A DNA stretch of 52,624 nucleotides, counting the filler, from Squatina squatina (Eukaryota): NCBI GenBank assembly GCA_031763465.1. It is 3 parts of 3 records of this genome, joined end to end, with 100 filler letters (N's around TTAATTAATTAA, not from the genome) between each part and the next. Parts side by side here need not be neighbours in the genome. Positions count along the whole stretch, not along the records: positions 17,160 to 30,872 come from JARFOE010000192.1; positions 30,973 to 52,624 come from JARFOE010000162.1; 1 more part is not named here. One strand, 5' to 3'. Below, piece by piece: positions 25,465 to 38,974 of the stretch. The position numbers were made by a program, and so were the translations under genes. Below the pieces are notes generated by a model. The model had not been told where the DNA came from. It saw nothing but the letters and a program-made list of their open reading frames with translations, and did no database searches. Position 1 is the first letter of the stretch. The number at the start of each line of letters is the position of its first letter.

Positions 25465-25730
25465 CTCTTTCCCACTCCTCCTCTCTGCCATGATTCCCTC
25501 CCTCGCCCTTCCTCCCTCTCTCCCTTTATCCCTCTTCACCTATCCTTCTCCCTTAACCTCCCTTCCCTTTCCCTCTCTTCACTCCTCCTTTCTCCCCACA
25601 TTTCCTCCTTCTCTCTCCTTCCATTCCCTGTCCTCCCCTCCGCTCCTCCTTCCTCTCCCCCTCCTGTCCCCTTTCTCTTCTCTACTCTCCTCTTTCCCCT
25701 TCCTAACCTTTCTTTTCCCCCTGCTCTCCT
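25465..25730. repeat. Low-complexity polypyrimidine tract
   Basis: About 265 nt almost entirely C/T. Confidence 0.9.
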
Positions 25731-28700
25731 GAAAAGTGCTCTTAGTCCTAACTACCCATGTGCAATGGCTTGGGAGATTGACTAGTAAATAAAAAGTTAA
25801 AATACATTATGTCTGTCCTAAAGTTCTGTGTATTTGTTTTGATAAAAATGAGTTTTTAGATGTAGAATAATTCTTCACAGTCCCTAGGAAGACTGCTGTC
25901 AAACACTGCAGCATTTCTTAAGCGCTGTTTAAAATGTATAATAACTGTTTGAAACATTGCAGTGGGGCTGAGTTATTCTCCGAGGAGATTTAGTATAATG
26001 CACTTTGGATGGTATTGGAATCAGCCTTTGTAGCCTAACAAAAGGCTACAGCTTTAAATAGTTCATATCACTAGTCAATAAACAAAAGGGGATGTGTGCA
26101 TAATTGTTCTGCAANNNNNNNNNNNNNNNNNNNNNNNNNNNNNNNNNNNNNNNNNNNNNNNNNNNNNNNNNNNNNNNNNNNNNNNNNNNNNNNNNNNNNN
26201 NNNNNNNNNNNNNNTGTGCATAATTGTTCTGCAACAGAGGAATATTTAGATATTTCCATTGTACTGTTACTACAACAGCAACATCTTGAAACATAGCCCA
26301 TTTGTGAAAAATAACCCATTGTTATAAGGGTATGTATTACTCTGGTAATTAAAGAAACCTCAATTAGGCACTAATAGGCTTGGCACAAAAGGGTCACCAG
26401 ACTACATACAAATAACCTCTTTTAGCAATGGGTTCCTGTTTTTCTTGGTACTCTAAACAGAGATGTTTTTGTTCCAGTAGTTTTACAATTTAAAATTTGC
26501 CCTGGCATCTGAAGGTGGGGAGAGATGAGTGCCCCAAGGCAGCGTGCAGGCGAGTTTAGACACAGATACACATGAGTGGGTTGCCTTTAGGCACTCTCAC
26601 TCATTTGTTTCCAGAACTTACTGTGTTTGGAGAAAATGTGACAGCAGCAAATGGCGGAAGAAATAATTCAAGATAGTGAAATTGTGCATAACAATGTTGA
26701 GAAAATAAAACCTTTTTCAGCTGAGGTGAGGAGAGTGGGCTGCATTGCAGAAGGATATGTCAGATGTGGCAGTGCTAACAAAAATACATGTACAATAATA
26801 TGTTGTAGGTATTAGTCAGAATTAATACGGCTCACCTGAACCACTTGTGGATTATTCCCAATGTATTTGATGGTATCATCTGTTTCACTTACACTTTCAT
26901 AATTAGTGTTTCAAAGGGAGGAATTTTAACCCCCAAAACGGGTGGGTTTACATTGGGTGGGATGTTAAAATGTAAAAATTCTGAATCCCGGCCAAAATCC
27001 ACCTTCAACATGCTCACTTCCAGTTTTAACGGAGGTGGGACAGGACGGGGGATGGGGGTGGCGGAGGGGTGGGGTGGTAGGTGACGGGCAACCAACCTGC
27101 TCCCAGGAGGCAGGTTGGCAATTTAAATATTATAATGAGGCTGCGTGCCTCATATTTAACTACCTTTTTAAATTTAAGCCAGACTGGCCGAACTTTCCAG
27201 ACCTCGGGAAACCCGACGGCTAAGGGGAGGCGAGGACTGCTGGAATCAAGAGGTAAGTGCCTTTCCGCTTACCTGCTGGATCCAGTNNNNNNNNNNNNNN
27301 NNNNNNNNNNNNNNNNNNNNNNNNNNNNNNNNNNNNNNNNNNNNNNNNNNNNNNNNNNNNNNNNNNNNNNNNNNNNNNNNNNNNNNCTCTGGTACCGAGA
27401 CAAAAAGACTGTTTCAAACTGTTTTTTCCAGCTCCTGGGATATAATAGTGGACATGCAATGCAATATTTCCTGGAGCTATCATGATTACCATTAAATCAA
27501 CAACCACAAAGACATTTATGTGAAATGATTTTTGGGGGGCTCAACAGTCCAATTAAAGTTCACATGAAATTAGCATGTAACATTCTTCCCTAAGAGTACA
27601 TTTGCTTCATCTATCCTTTTTCTGGCTTGAGGATGTTTAAATGCCTGTTATTTTTAAGCTGACTAAAATATTTCCAAAGCAGTTTGGAGAAACAGTGTTC
27701 TCCTATAAACAAGTTTCACTGTGTAAATAGCCTGTAGTTTGAAGCAAGCAGGCCTGGATCTGGTTCCAGCTGATTTGAATTATACTGATCCAAATGACAT
27801 TACTCTCATCACATAAATGGAAATTTAATGTTTACAGCACAGATAACTTATCATAGATATTCACTCAGAAAATAAAATCAAAAACAGTTTGTTCAAACAT
27901 TAAGTCATGTATGACCATTTATAACAAGACTACAATCTCCGTGCACTACAGTAGGAATATGATCTAGTTCATCCTATTTGCTCCAAACAAAATCCTAAAC
28001 TCCTTCAGCCCCTTGCTTCCTATGGGCAAACGCATGCGCTGGAAGAATTTAGAAAGAATTTTTAACAATCATAAAAATATAAAATCAAACTAACCTTTTA
28101 ATATGTACCAAGGTTGTAAAAGAAAAGGAGCAATCTTTCTTATTTTAAAGTCAAAGAAAAGCCTTGATCAGCCCATTTCTTGAGCTACTGTACTGCAGTG
28201 ATTGGCAGTGCATTAAATAGGGCTTTGTGTTGGCTACAGATTGGCTCCAGAATAACCAGGATGTCGGATTACATCCTGCAGACTTAGTGACTCCATGCAG
28301 CCCCTATGANNNNNNNNNNNNNNNNNNNNNNNNNNNNNNNNNNNNNNNNNNNNNNNNNNNNNNNNNNNNNNNNNNNNNNNNNNNNNNNNNNNNNNNNNNN
28401 NNNNNNNNNCATGCAGCCCCTATGATAAATTTTGCAATATTTGGGGGAAAACTTATATTAAGCCTAACTTAACCTTTTATGAGGTTATTCGCCAAGCAAA
28501 ATGTCCATCAACTGACCTAGAATATTAGGTAACCAGAACTAAATGAGATCCTTTGTGAGAACTAGCACAAAAATTTCAAACACAAAAGCTGTACAAGTAA
28601 TATGGGGCTGTCTGGGAAAGTAAATGTGTGAATCCTACCTCTGTGTTAAGCGAGCATCAGTAAATGAATACACAGGAGCCAATGAAATGGAGCAAAACTC

Positions 28701-30872
28701 ATTTAATGTAAGATAACAAATGCTGATATGTTCCTGAATGCTTGATCGTGTTTTGAAATAATGATAGACCCGCGTGGTTTTACCCTATCGTTAGGTTAAT
28801 CCTTTTTACCAAGTGACTAATGGAAGATGATATGGTGGTATCATTTAACTCTTCATATGTAACGATCAGTTTACAAACTGTGGTAAAGATTTAACTATGC
28901 ATTAAGCATAATGAATTCAGTGATATTTATACTCTGCAGTAAAAGCTGCTTATCACCATACTCCAGAGTGGGCTGCACTCACTATTAGTTCTTTTTAAAA
29001 CTCAACCACTGAAGTAATTTTAATTAGGTATGGTGATCCAATCAGGAAAAAGAAATTCTGCACCTAAATGCATTGTACTTGCTGTAAAATATTTTCAATA
29101 GATTGATAAGTAGCAGATCAGTGCAAGTTATTGGGACAACTAACCTTAATTTGAGAAAATGTATAATGTTTCACTTTTATAATGTGATGAAGAACATCAG
29201 TTCTTTTTTTTTAAATCCTGTACAATTTCCTCTGAATAAATTCTAGGCTTTTAGTCTGCTTTATTGGATGAAAATATACAATTAATGTATTAATAAGAAG
29301 GAAAGCAAGCATTTATTTTCCAAAATATTGTTCTGAGATAAAATTGTCACATTCACTTAAATAAAAGTCAACAATCTCCTTGAGGCTGCAGCTCATACCA
29401 TAAAGCAGTAATAGTTTAGTAGCATATCTAAAGAGCGTGTTTAAACCTCAGAAAGCACATCATAACAAGATATCTCTACATTGGGCCTCAAGACAAAAGA
29501 AAACGACACAATAANNNNNNNNNNNNNNNNNNNNNNNNNNNNNNNNNNNNNNNNNNNNNNNNNNNNNNNNNNNNNNNNNNNNNNNNNNNNNNNNNNNNNN
29601 NNNNNNNNNNNNNNTATCTCGCTTGAATTGGCAGAATTAAAGGTTTAGCCCGATCTAGCAGCCAACCAGAAACGTTAGACACCGTTTGAGATGGAGTTCT
29701 GGGACCTTCGGGCTTGTGTTTCACTAACCAATCCTTTTGTTTATTTATACTGTAATCTGTGATGATTTTCCTACTGATTCGCATTTAGCAGTAAGTCAAG
29801 TGCCAGTCTTCTTCCAATGAAGAGTAAGTGGTTCTATAGAGAAGTTACACATGGTTCCCATTTCAGTTTTTGCAATATTTATGTTAAATCAATGAATTGA
29901 CAGCTCGGCAACTGTGTCAGGTGGCTGCCAGTTTAAGCTGCCCTGTCAGCAGCTTGAAGTAGTTGATCTTCTATTTTAAACAGGCCCAATGTCCTGTAAT
30001 TAGTTTAAATCACAAGCTTAAAAAACCAATACCCAGGGCAGAAACAATTACTGATACAATTAATACAAGTTATCCTTAGTTAGTAGAGTTTTTGTCATCA
30101 CAAGAATCTTTCCAGCTTCATTGAATTTATCCATTATTGTATTACGTACCTCATATAAGTGGCTCTTGTTTCACCATCTCACCATTCTGACTGCAGATGA
30201 ACGGATCTTTCAAACTGAGCTTCCAGGCAAATTCTTCAGTCGTCTAATAGAAACTGTTACAAATTCTTCTTGTCGAGGTTTACAGGCCCTCCTCTGTTGG
30301 AAGTTTGCTCTGAATTTGATGACTGGTTAGTTTGGACTGTGTTGCTACGACTCGTTGCAACTGTCAAGCAAAGCCTTCAATTTTGACCTCCAAATGTCCA
30401 GCACCCTTTATCTCCTTAGTTTGAAAAAAAAAACTTTGGCTTTTCATAAAGAATCCTATGTGCCCTCATTTGAACAGAGTTCCCTCAGAATACCACTACG
30501 TAATCTCATGTGAGAGTTAATAAAATGTATCAAAAGAAATTGCAGTTTTACCTCTATAGTATTTTGTTTGGCTTTGATTTTATTTGGGGCATATGCAGTA
30601 AATATTGTCAGAAAATGGATGGTGGGCTCTTTGCTTTCGCTGATAGTATAGTATAACAGCATAGTAATATTCTGTATCGTGGCATCCCAAACTATGCTAA
30701 TTTTATGCAATATTATTGTTATTAGTTGTTGTACTTAGATTAACAGTGCAGGGTGCTAAATATTATATCATTGTGATAACTGAACATACAAACGGGGTAA
30801 TTTTGACTTTGGGCAGCAGTGTGCAACGGCTGATACTGATTCAACTGCCCTTTATACATCTTTTCTGATTTT

Positions 30873-30972
30873 NNNNNNNNNNNNNNNNNNNNNNNNNNNN
30901 NNNNNNNNNNNNNNNNTTAATTAATTAANNNNNNNNNNNNNNNNNNNNNNNNNNNNNNNNNNNNNNNNNNNN
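30873..30972. other. Artificial concatenation spacer 44N-TTAATTAATTAA-44N
   Basis: 12-mer at 30917-30928; same design as 17060-17159. Confidence 0.95.
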
Positions 30973-31148
30973 AAACCAGACAATTCACATCCACCGAGAG
31001 GGTTTGCTTCATTCGACCAGATATAGTCCAGATTAATACTTGGGACAATGATCCACGATTTTTAAATGATCCTCAAAAACAACATTTAGGACAGTCGGTT
31101 TATATCAAGAAACTTATGCATGTGGATTCAAGGATAATTTTCTGGGAT

Positions 31149-31346
<198 letters not shown>

Positions 31347-31964
31347 CTATGATTAAAAAGAAACAATTTTTATAATATTCTATAAATTGATGAAACAACC
31401 ATTGCTACAAAAGATACGGCCAAAAGTTATAACCAGTTGCTATGAAGCTCCATACATTTCACATTTACCCAATCCGAATGGCTAAAACTTCATCTGAGCA
31501 ATATCCTATTCCCGCCCCACATCTAGTAGAAATCAGCAGACATCGAGCTAAATACACTTGTCAACATTTATTCTAAATACTTTTATTTTAAGAAGTTCCT
31601 TAACCAACTAATCTTAATCCCATTGGTCAGGTGCAACATGTTATGTTCAAGTGACATAACAATACAGCTTTGTTGCTAAATGGTGTTTTAATAGCTCCTT
31701 ACGCCTTTGCATTGCCAGCTGCTAAGAGATATTGGAGTCGAAATTCCCTAGCGTCCTGAAGAATTATTTACCTTTTAGTGTCCAGCACGCTGCCTTGCCA
31801 AATTCTGCGACATTCGGCACATTGAAAAAAAATTGGTGTGGCGTTGTCGGAGTCGCTGATGACCTCATTGAGGTGTAGTGGGGTGCGATTAGTGAACCTA
31901 CAGCCAATTTCGCCTGACCTTCATTGACTGATAATCAGGTTCCAGTCCATTGGACTCCTTTAAG

Positions 31965-32045
31965 GTGATGGGACCCCAGTTATTTACAATATATATTAAG
32001 GATTTAGACGAAGGAATTGAATGTAACATCTCCAAGTTTGCGGAT
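31965..32045 (+). mobile_element. CR1 RT fragment
   Basis: GPQLFTIYIKDLDEGIECNISKFAD. Confidence 0.85.
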
Positions 32046-32599
32046 NNNNNNNNNNNNNNNNNNNNNNNNNNNNNNNNNNNNNNNNNNNNNNNNNNNNNNN
32101 NNNNNNNNNNNNNNNNNNNNNNNNNNNNNNNNNNNNNNNNNNNNNCAATTTATCTCCCTCAGGGAGAGATCATTTTCCCTCAACAGTTGTTCGGCATTAA
32201 ATCTTTTGGAGCCAGCCCTAATCCAAGTTGAGTTACAAGACATGAATTAAGCTTGGTGGTGACATGTTGCAGAAATACACAAAGCTTCTGTTGCAAGACA
32301 TGCTGCCCATCAACTTGACATGATAGACAGCAAAGATCTCTGCACGGAAATCCAGAATAAGCAAAAGAAAAACCATGTAATGCATATTGGAATGAGGATG
32401 TGTTAATAGCAAAACTCCTGTGGCATTTCCCCACGAGAGTTGCAGAATTCACTGTTCTGCAACACAAGCCCATTAAACTGCATCGCAATCAAGTCAGAAG
32501 TTCTCTGACCCCACAATAAGGATTTTATTTCTCCCCCTGCCCCCAACTCACTCAATCTCCCACTTCTCTCTCTCTCATTTTTGAGATATTTTGTTACAT

Positions 32600-32720
32600 C
32601 GGCCTGAAACATTAACTCGGTTTCTCGCTCCACAGATGTTGCCTGACCTGCTGAGTATTTCCAACATTCTCTGCTTTATTTCAGATTCCAGCATCCACAG
32701 TATTCTGCTTTTGTATTTCT
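32600..32720 (+). mobile_element. Penelope-like element terminal-repeat fragment
   Basis: CCTGAAACATTAACTC...CCACAGATGTTGCCTGACCTGCTGAGTATTTCC, a repeat I recall as common in sharks. Confidence 0.55.
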
Positions 32721-35524
32721 CTAGTTGTCTGTTTCTGGCCCTCTCTCTCTGCCATTTCTGGAACATTTTCTCTTCTTCTCTGGTTTCTTTACTCTCCTCT
32801 AATTCCAATTACCCTATGTATTTAGACCCTGGTTTTCCTTATGCACTAAGCCTCTACCCATCTGTAACTATCTGCTGCTCTCCCTCCTTCTCTGCCCCAC
32901 TAGGCCCATCATTGAAATGTAAAGAAGCTCTCAGTATCTTTAGCACATGCCCATCATTTTGTCTCNNNNNNNNNNNNNNNNNNNNNNNNNNNNNNNNNNN
33001 NNNNNNNNNNNNNNNNNNNNNNNNNNNNNNNNNNNNNNNNNNNNNNNNNNNNNNNNNNNNNNNNNTCATATCACTTCAGTTCAAATCAAATGGTATAGTA
33101 GCACTTCCGTTCAAATCACATACCAATTTACAATCATGAGATTCTTCTGTTTATTAACATCTGCTAAGATACCAGGGCCAGCGAAATATCACTTGGAAAT
33201 GTGATGAAATAAAAATGCCACCTACAAACTACCATCTGCATATTATGAATTATAATACAGCTTGGAGTCTACCCCAAGGCAGTAACAAATATCTAGGCTG
33301 AGTTGCTACAGAAAAACTGCTTCATCTTTCTGTCACACTTTATATTGTCTCAATGCCTTGTGTTACTCACCTGTGATACACATCTATATGAATTACACAT
33401 AGGAATTGAATGTTCCAAGACAGTAACACATCTTCTGCATTGAGATGACACTAATGAGTGAAGTTCAAATATTATCTACTTAGTACTGCTTCATAATACA
33501 CTCCAGACTATGCGTTCTCTGCTTGGAAAGTTCTTTGACATGTGTTTTTCAAACTGTTTGTCAAGACCTGAATTCCTGGCTTAGGAGGTAGTAATTCTGC
33601 TGATAGGAATTTAATTGCCAGTAATAATTTTCGTAACTTCAACTGCATTTATATTGTTAATCAATAAAGAAAATGTTATCCTTTAATGTTCAGCTAGCAA
33701 ATAACATTAATAATGCATAAACTGTGTCAACTCTTTGATTTAATGTGAACTACATAGGGGACCCACATTTCAATGTATTCCATTATGTACATAACTTTAC
33801 TTGGAATGGTTGCAAGTTGGGGTTGACAGATGGTTCTCAGAAACTAATGTGCTTTCTCTGTGAGAGACTTTGTCATTATCATTAAGTCTGACTGACTTCC
33901 TGCTCTCCAGTGAGCACGTCCAATAACGCAGCGCAAAATCCTCACTTTCACGATTTCCAAGCATTCTCGTTTAATGGATTTCAGAAAACACGTTCTCATT
34001 TAAAATGGGTTACAGGTTTTGCAATGGGTTTCGTGCCCTTTCACTCACAAATTTGATGCAAGTTAATCTCCCATAGCATTGCACACAGGAAGCCAAGNNN
34101 NNNNNNNNNNNNNNNNNNNNNNNNNNNNNNNNNNNNNNNNNNNNNNNNNNNNNNNNNNNNNNNNNNNNNNNNNNNNNNNNNNNNNNNNNNNNNNNNNCGT
34201 TTGGGTAAAAGTTTTTAAAATCTCAAACCCCAACCCAATCGCCCCGAACCAGCCCACTTCCAGTTTTAACAGAGGCAGGACAGGGGGTGACCAAGCAGCT
34301 TACAGGAGGTTGATCGCTCACCAGCCTCCGATCTCCCCCTCTCCGTCCAGGCGAACTCCTGTACAACCCCCACTCTTTCTTTTCCTCGTCTTCTTCCTAG
34401 ATTTCTGCTGTTGGAGCGAAAGCAGCTCCTGTTAGTCTGTTCTACATCTGGATAGCCCGCTACGAATCAGAAGGACCCCCTCCAGAAAACATTGCATTGC
34501 ACCTTGGAAGTCCCCCGTCCCTTGTAAATCTCTCTGCTCGGGAGTAAAAAAGCAAGCCCTTCTCGCTCTAGAAGTCCCGGTGTGAATTATTGATGGGAAC
34601 AGCCACAGCCAAACCAAACATTATTAGACCTTCCCACATCAGTTAATATCCCCCTGTCCGATCCGGGCGGGATGTAACGCGAGATATCGACTGCCGAGGT
34701 TCACTGCCTGCCAGATGCCGAGCTCTCTGACTGCTCTAAGTGGCAGGGTGGTGGCAGTTTGGAGTCACTGCAATCGCGAATCCCCCAGGTTTTATGTCAT
34801 AAACCTACTCCACTTTCAAAGGCTGGCTAGAGTGGTGCTAATGAATACTCTACGTCGCCTGGTTAAAAACTCTGTCTGAATGTAAATGATCCTTCCCAGT
34901 AAGACGCCAAGATAAAGAAATAAAAGACACACTCAAATAAGTGGAGCACTGTTAAAGATATAATAGATAAGCAATAGCTATCTTAAAATTACTCCGTTAT
35001 CCCCACAGTGCTTTATAGGCAGAGGCATGTCTAACAGTTTGTTACTGACATTTTCGTTCTGCCTGCGTTTCTCTTCACCTATTTTTTTTTTTAAATATTT
35101 TATACAACAGGCTGTTGAAGAGGTTGCAGAAAACACATGGTGTACTTTCAAAGAAATGTCCAGTACAATAGCTTGGCCTGTTGCTAGCAACTAGCAGTTG
35201 GCTTGACTCACCAACTGAAAACAGTACAACATTTAACAACATTAAAGGTCTAAATCTATGGATGATCCTAAAATTACTTTTCTCAATTTGGAAGATATTT
35301 ACTTTGTTTTCATGAAAGGATATTTAATTTTGTTTCATGATTTCACATATTCTCTTACTGAAAGTCAACTGGAGCAGAACAGTAAACATGGAAACTGTTG
35401 CTAATGAGTCAGTGAAGTGGATTACAAGGTCTATTTTTAAAGGAATACAGCAACCGTGTATAAATGCTTTTGCAAGTAAAGTGAACAGTTAAAATTTCGG
35501 ACAAAACTGGACAGAATCCTCCCC

Positions 35525-35870
35525 TAAAGGCTCAATGGGTGAGTGCGCTCTCTAGTGTGGAACTGAGTCCTACAGACTAGGATGGGCCAAGTCTGCTGAC
35601 TTAGTTCTTTGCAACTGGAGCAGCAGGAGGGTTCCATAATTGGCCTGCACGCTCCCGGGCTAGGGAGGAGAAAACAAAGCCAGGTTTACAACCCAGTAAC
35701 TCCTGTTGGAAAGAGTGTAGGTGTACACCAGGTTATGATAGGATCATACTTGGCCAAAGTGACCTTCTCAATCAATTAGCCTGCTGGCATTCACTGTCTA
35801 GGTCCACAGTGCCTCAGAAACATAGCCCAGCATGAGTCAGCACCTCCCCAACAGGAGGGGAGAAAACTGA
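35525..35870 (+). mobile_element. tRNA-derived SINE
   Basis: A-box-like GGCTCAATGGGTGAG head; related to 24880-25012. Confidence 0.5.
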
Positions 35871-36055
35871 AGGGAAAACAGTTGGACAGAATATCAAATG
35901 TTCAATTGTAAATTTATATACACATTGCTAAGCTTAATGTTACTGCCTACAGTATAAAGGAACTTGTAAAGCAAAACAACGTTTACATTTTGTGACTGGC
36001 CATTTCTGTGTCATTGTAAAAGTTATTAAGATTCCATTCTTACTGTCACTAACAG

Positions 36056-36152
36056 GTCCTCAATGCTCAAGTGTCAGATACAGGCAGATATGTTTGTGTT
36101 GCAGAAAATGTAGCTGGAAACACAGAAAAATACTTCAACTTAAATGTCCATG
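36056..36152 (+). CDS. Hemicentin-type Ig (I-set) domain exon
   Basis: Not in ORF track; CTAACAG|...|GTGAGT; VLNAQVSDTGRYVCVAENVAGNTEKYFNLNVH (DxGxYxC), close to the HMCN1 repeat ILNTQITDIGRYVCVAENTAGSAKKYFNLNVH; HMCN1 vs HMCN2 unresolved. Confidence 0.8.
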
Positions 36153-36269
36153 GTGAGTGACATTGTTANNNNNNNNNNNNNNNNNNNNNNNNNNNNNNNN
36201 NNNNNNNNNNNNNNNNNNNNNNNNNNNNNNNNNNNNNNNNNNNNNNNNNNNNNNNNNNNNNNNNNNNNC

Positions 36270-36705
36270 CGCCACTTCAGCGTGCCAGATGAGGGGATGG
36301 TGACCCGCTCCAACCGTGGGCCACCATCATTCGGCCGACAACAGAGTCAGCCGACAAATTAAGATGCCGGCCGCAAGCGCACAGGCCCTCCCCTTTGAGA
36401 GGTTTCTCTGTCGCTGCAACCACCTGATGCTGCAGCCGTGTCCCGCAGGTGAATTCCAGCTGCGGGACGCAAATGGGCCACAAAGGGGGCTTGTAGCTGC
36501 GTAGTGCAGGTCAGTGTGCGTCTTTATGACGTCACAGGCCGACCCGTCGCAGAATTCAGCTGGCAAGGCGCAAAGGCCTTTGTGCCAGCTAAGCTCTCCG
36601 GGAGGCGAGATGGCCATCTCCCGGAGCCATTTTGTCCTGTTTCGCCCCATTAGCGCCCCTCAGAGGCACTAATGGGGCACAACGGGAGATGAATTTCTAG
36701 CCCTA
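36270..36705. mobile_element. GC-rich Harbinger-like DNA transposon end
   Basis: CGCCCCATTAGCGCCCCTCAGAGG (36643-36666) also occurs at 45665-45688; ends in AATTTCTAGCCC. Confidence 0.55.
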
Positions 36706-38259
36706 AGTCTTCTGTGTTCAATTTTATATGGGCATAGATCACTTTTTCTTAGCATATAGAAATGTGCAAGGCAACGTAACCACCAGTTTGCATCACTTTC
36801 AAGAAAAGTAGCAGTCTCAAACCTGCAGTATATATCAGAATTATTGCATCTAATTTGTATTCAATGCCATATTGCGATACTGCGTATAAGAAATGAAATA
36901 GTTCAGTTACTACAGTTCCATGTCTTCTTGTTTAAAAAGACATACACAGCAATAATAGATTCACGACTCCCAATGGTTACATTTTACACAGATAATTCCA
37001 ATCATGGGAGTCTAAAATTTGAGGGTTACACATAATTCAGTTTCAGTTGGACAAGTCTCGCACAACATTTCAAGTCATTCAGAACATGCTTTTGTTTCCT
37101 GTTGCAATTAAAAGTTGAATAAAACTGCATACGATTATGATATTGAGATGCATTAGAAAATGAAACTTGACAAAAATATGCTTTCACAGCAATCTGCATA
37201 TATATGAAGTTGACTGGATATACCAGGAGAGGCAATATGATCAAGTGTCAGTGAGATGGGGGTTGAAGCTTTTAGCTCAAGGGCCTTAGTTTAATCAGTT
37301 TCTTGCTTCCATCCCTCCCCCATCTTGGTGATGCACCTTGTTCACCCATTGCTGTGAAGTGTTATTGGGTTCCATTTGCAATGGTCTACAGTAGGCATAT
37401 TTGACCATGTAAGATATAGTTGAGTGTAAGATCTATCAAAATTGTAGTAAACAGATAATGCATCATATACAGTTACATGACATATCATTGTCACATTACT
37501 GACAGCTTTAGGTTTTTGATTTTCTATTGCATTTCAACCAGTATTGAAATTCGGAGCTAACATTTTTCTGTGGATGAGGGACTAGTTAAAACTGTGTTCA
37601 AATTTGAGCTGCTAACCTCTCAAATGTTCCATTTTGGAATAGCCTGTTCATATTCCAACATATGGTGCATTGCACTTCTTACTTGTGAGTGGTGGACATT
37701 TTATACACCCTTTTTCAGGCAAGTACGTACCCTATAGCTTGGGCTGCCAATTATCGCACTGCTGCATTGTNNNNNNNNNNNNNNNNNNNNNNNNNNNNNN
37801 NNNNNNNNNNNNNNNNNNNNNNNNNNNNNNNNNNNNNNNNNNNNNNNNNNNNNNNNNNNNNNNNNNNNNNTCAACCGATTAGATTAAGTACTTTGCTCAG
37901 GTCTTCTTTATACTTCAAACAAAAACATTCTCCACACACTGTCGAAGTCTGGCCCTCTGCTAATTGGTTCCTATGGGAACACATGCTCAGCATACAAAAA
38001 TGTTACAATATTGTCTGTACTGGTGCCAACACGTGATCGACTGTCCCCGTTCGTTTTCATGGCAGGCATGCAAGTCAATTAATTTTGTCCAAAGCTGCAG
38101 CAAGCAACTAGTTGATACTCCGCTCACCCTAGATGATCTAAACACTGAGAGGAGCCTGTGAAGGTGGCTGAGTGGGGTTGTAATGTGTGCAGAACGTTTC
38201 TATTTGAAGAATGAAGAAACCCTACCACGACAGGTAATTTATGAGAGCGTGTGGATTTG

Positions 38260-38540
38260 AAGTGGATCTATTGACATGGTAAGAGAATTGGTTAGGAGGT
38301 GGGAGACAGAGAGCAGGGATAATGGGATGTATTCCAGGGTGTGACTCGTGGTGTCCCTCGGGATCTGTACTGAGGCCTCAGCTTCTCACTGTATTTAGAA
38401 AGTACTTTGATGAAGGAATAAAGAGACATATATCCAGGTTTGCTGACGACACCAAGTTCGGCGGAACAGTAGATAGTGTAGATGGGAGCAGAATGCCACA
38501 AAAGAACATTGATAGATTAAGTGAGAGGGCAAAACTGTAG
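38260..38540 (+). mobile_element. CR1 RT fragment
   Basis: PSGSVLRPQL...ISRFADDTKFGG...QKNIDRLSERA. Confidence 0.85.
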
Positions 38541-38974
38541 CAGCTAGAATTCCNNNNNNNNNNNNNNNNNNNNNNNNNNNNNNNNNNNNNNNNNNNNNNN
38601 NNNNNNNNNNNNNNNNNNNNNNNNNNNNNNNNNNNNNNNNNNNNNNNNNNNNNCAATATTGAAAAACTGACATAAGGTTGGGATTTCTAACTGCTTTTCT
38701 GCATACTAAGTCATAACATTATATTTTTACAATATGCTACTGGGCTGTAAAATTAAGAGTGCATGAAGGAATCCATGACATGTCTGCTTGACAGCTCAAC
38801 AGTTTGGTCTCTCATTGAAGGAGCCTATAGAATCATCATGTGATATTGTTCCCTGTCATTCAATTAATCTTTCCTGTAATTTCCTTACTTTGAGTTGTTT
38901 ACAGATTGCAGAAGCCTTTTTATGTTACTGTTCAGATCCTGGAATATCTGCACAAATATGACTTTCATGGAAGA

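Noticed and set aside
25490-25732. Pro/Ser/Leu-rich ORF
   Set aside because: Translation of a low-complexity pyrimidine tract.
30160-30420. Exon-like minus-strand segment with a GTACGT donor
   Set aside because: Stops in all three frames before the donor; peptide not recognised.
33371-33568. Minus-strand segment with CAG|GTGAGT donor, possible extra formin exon
   Set aside because: No open frame from the candidate acceptor to the donor.
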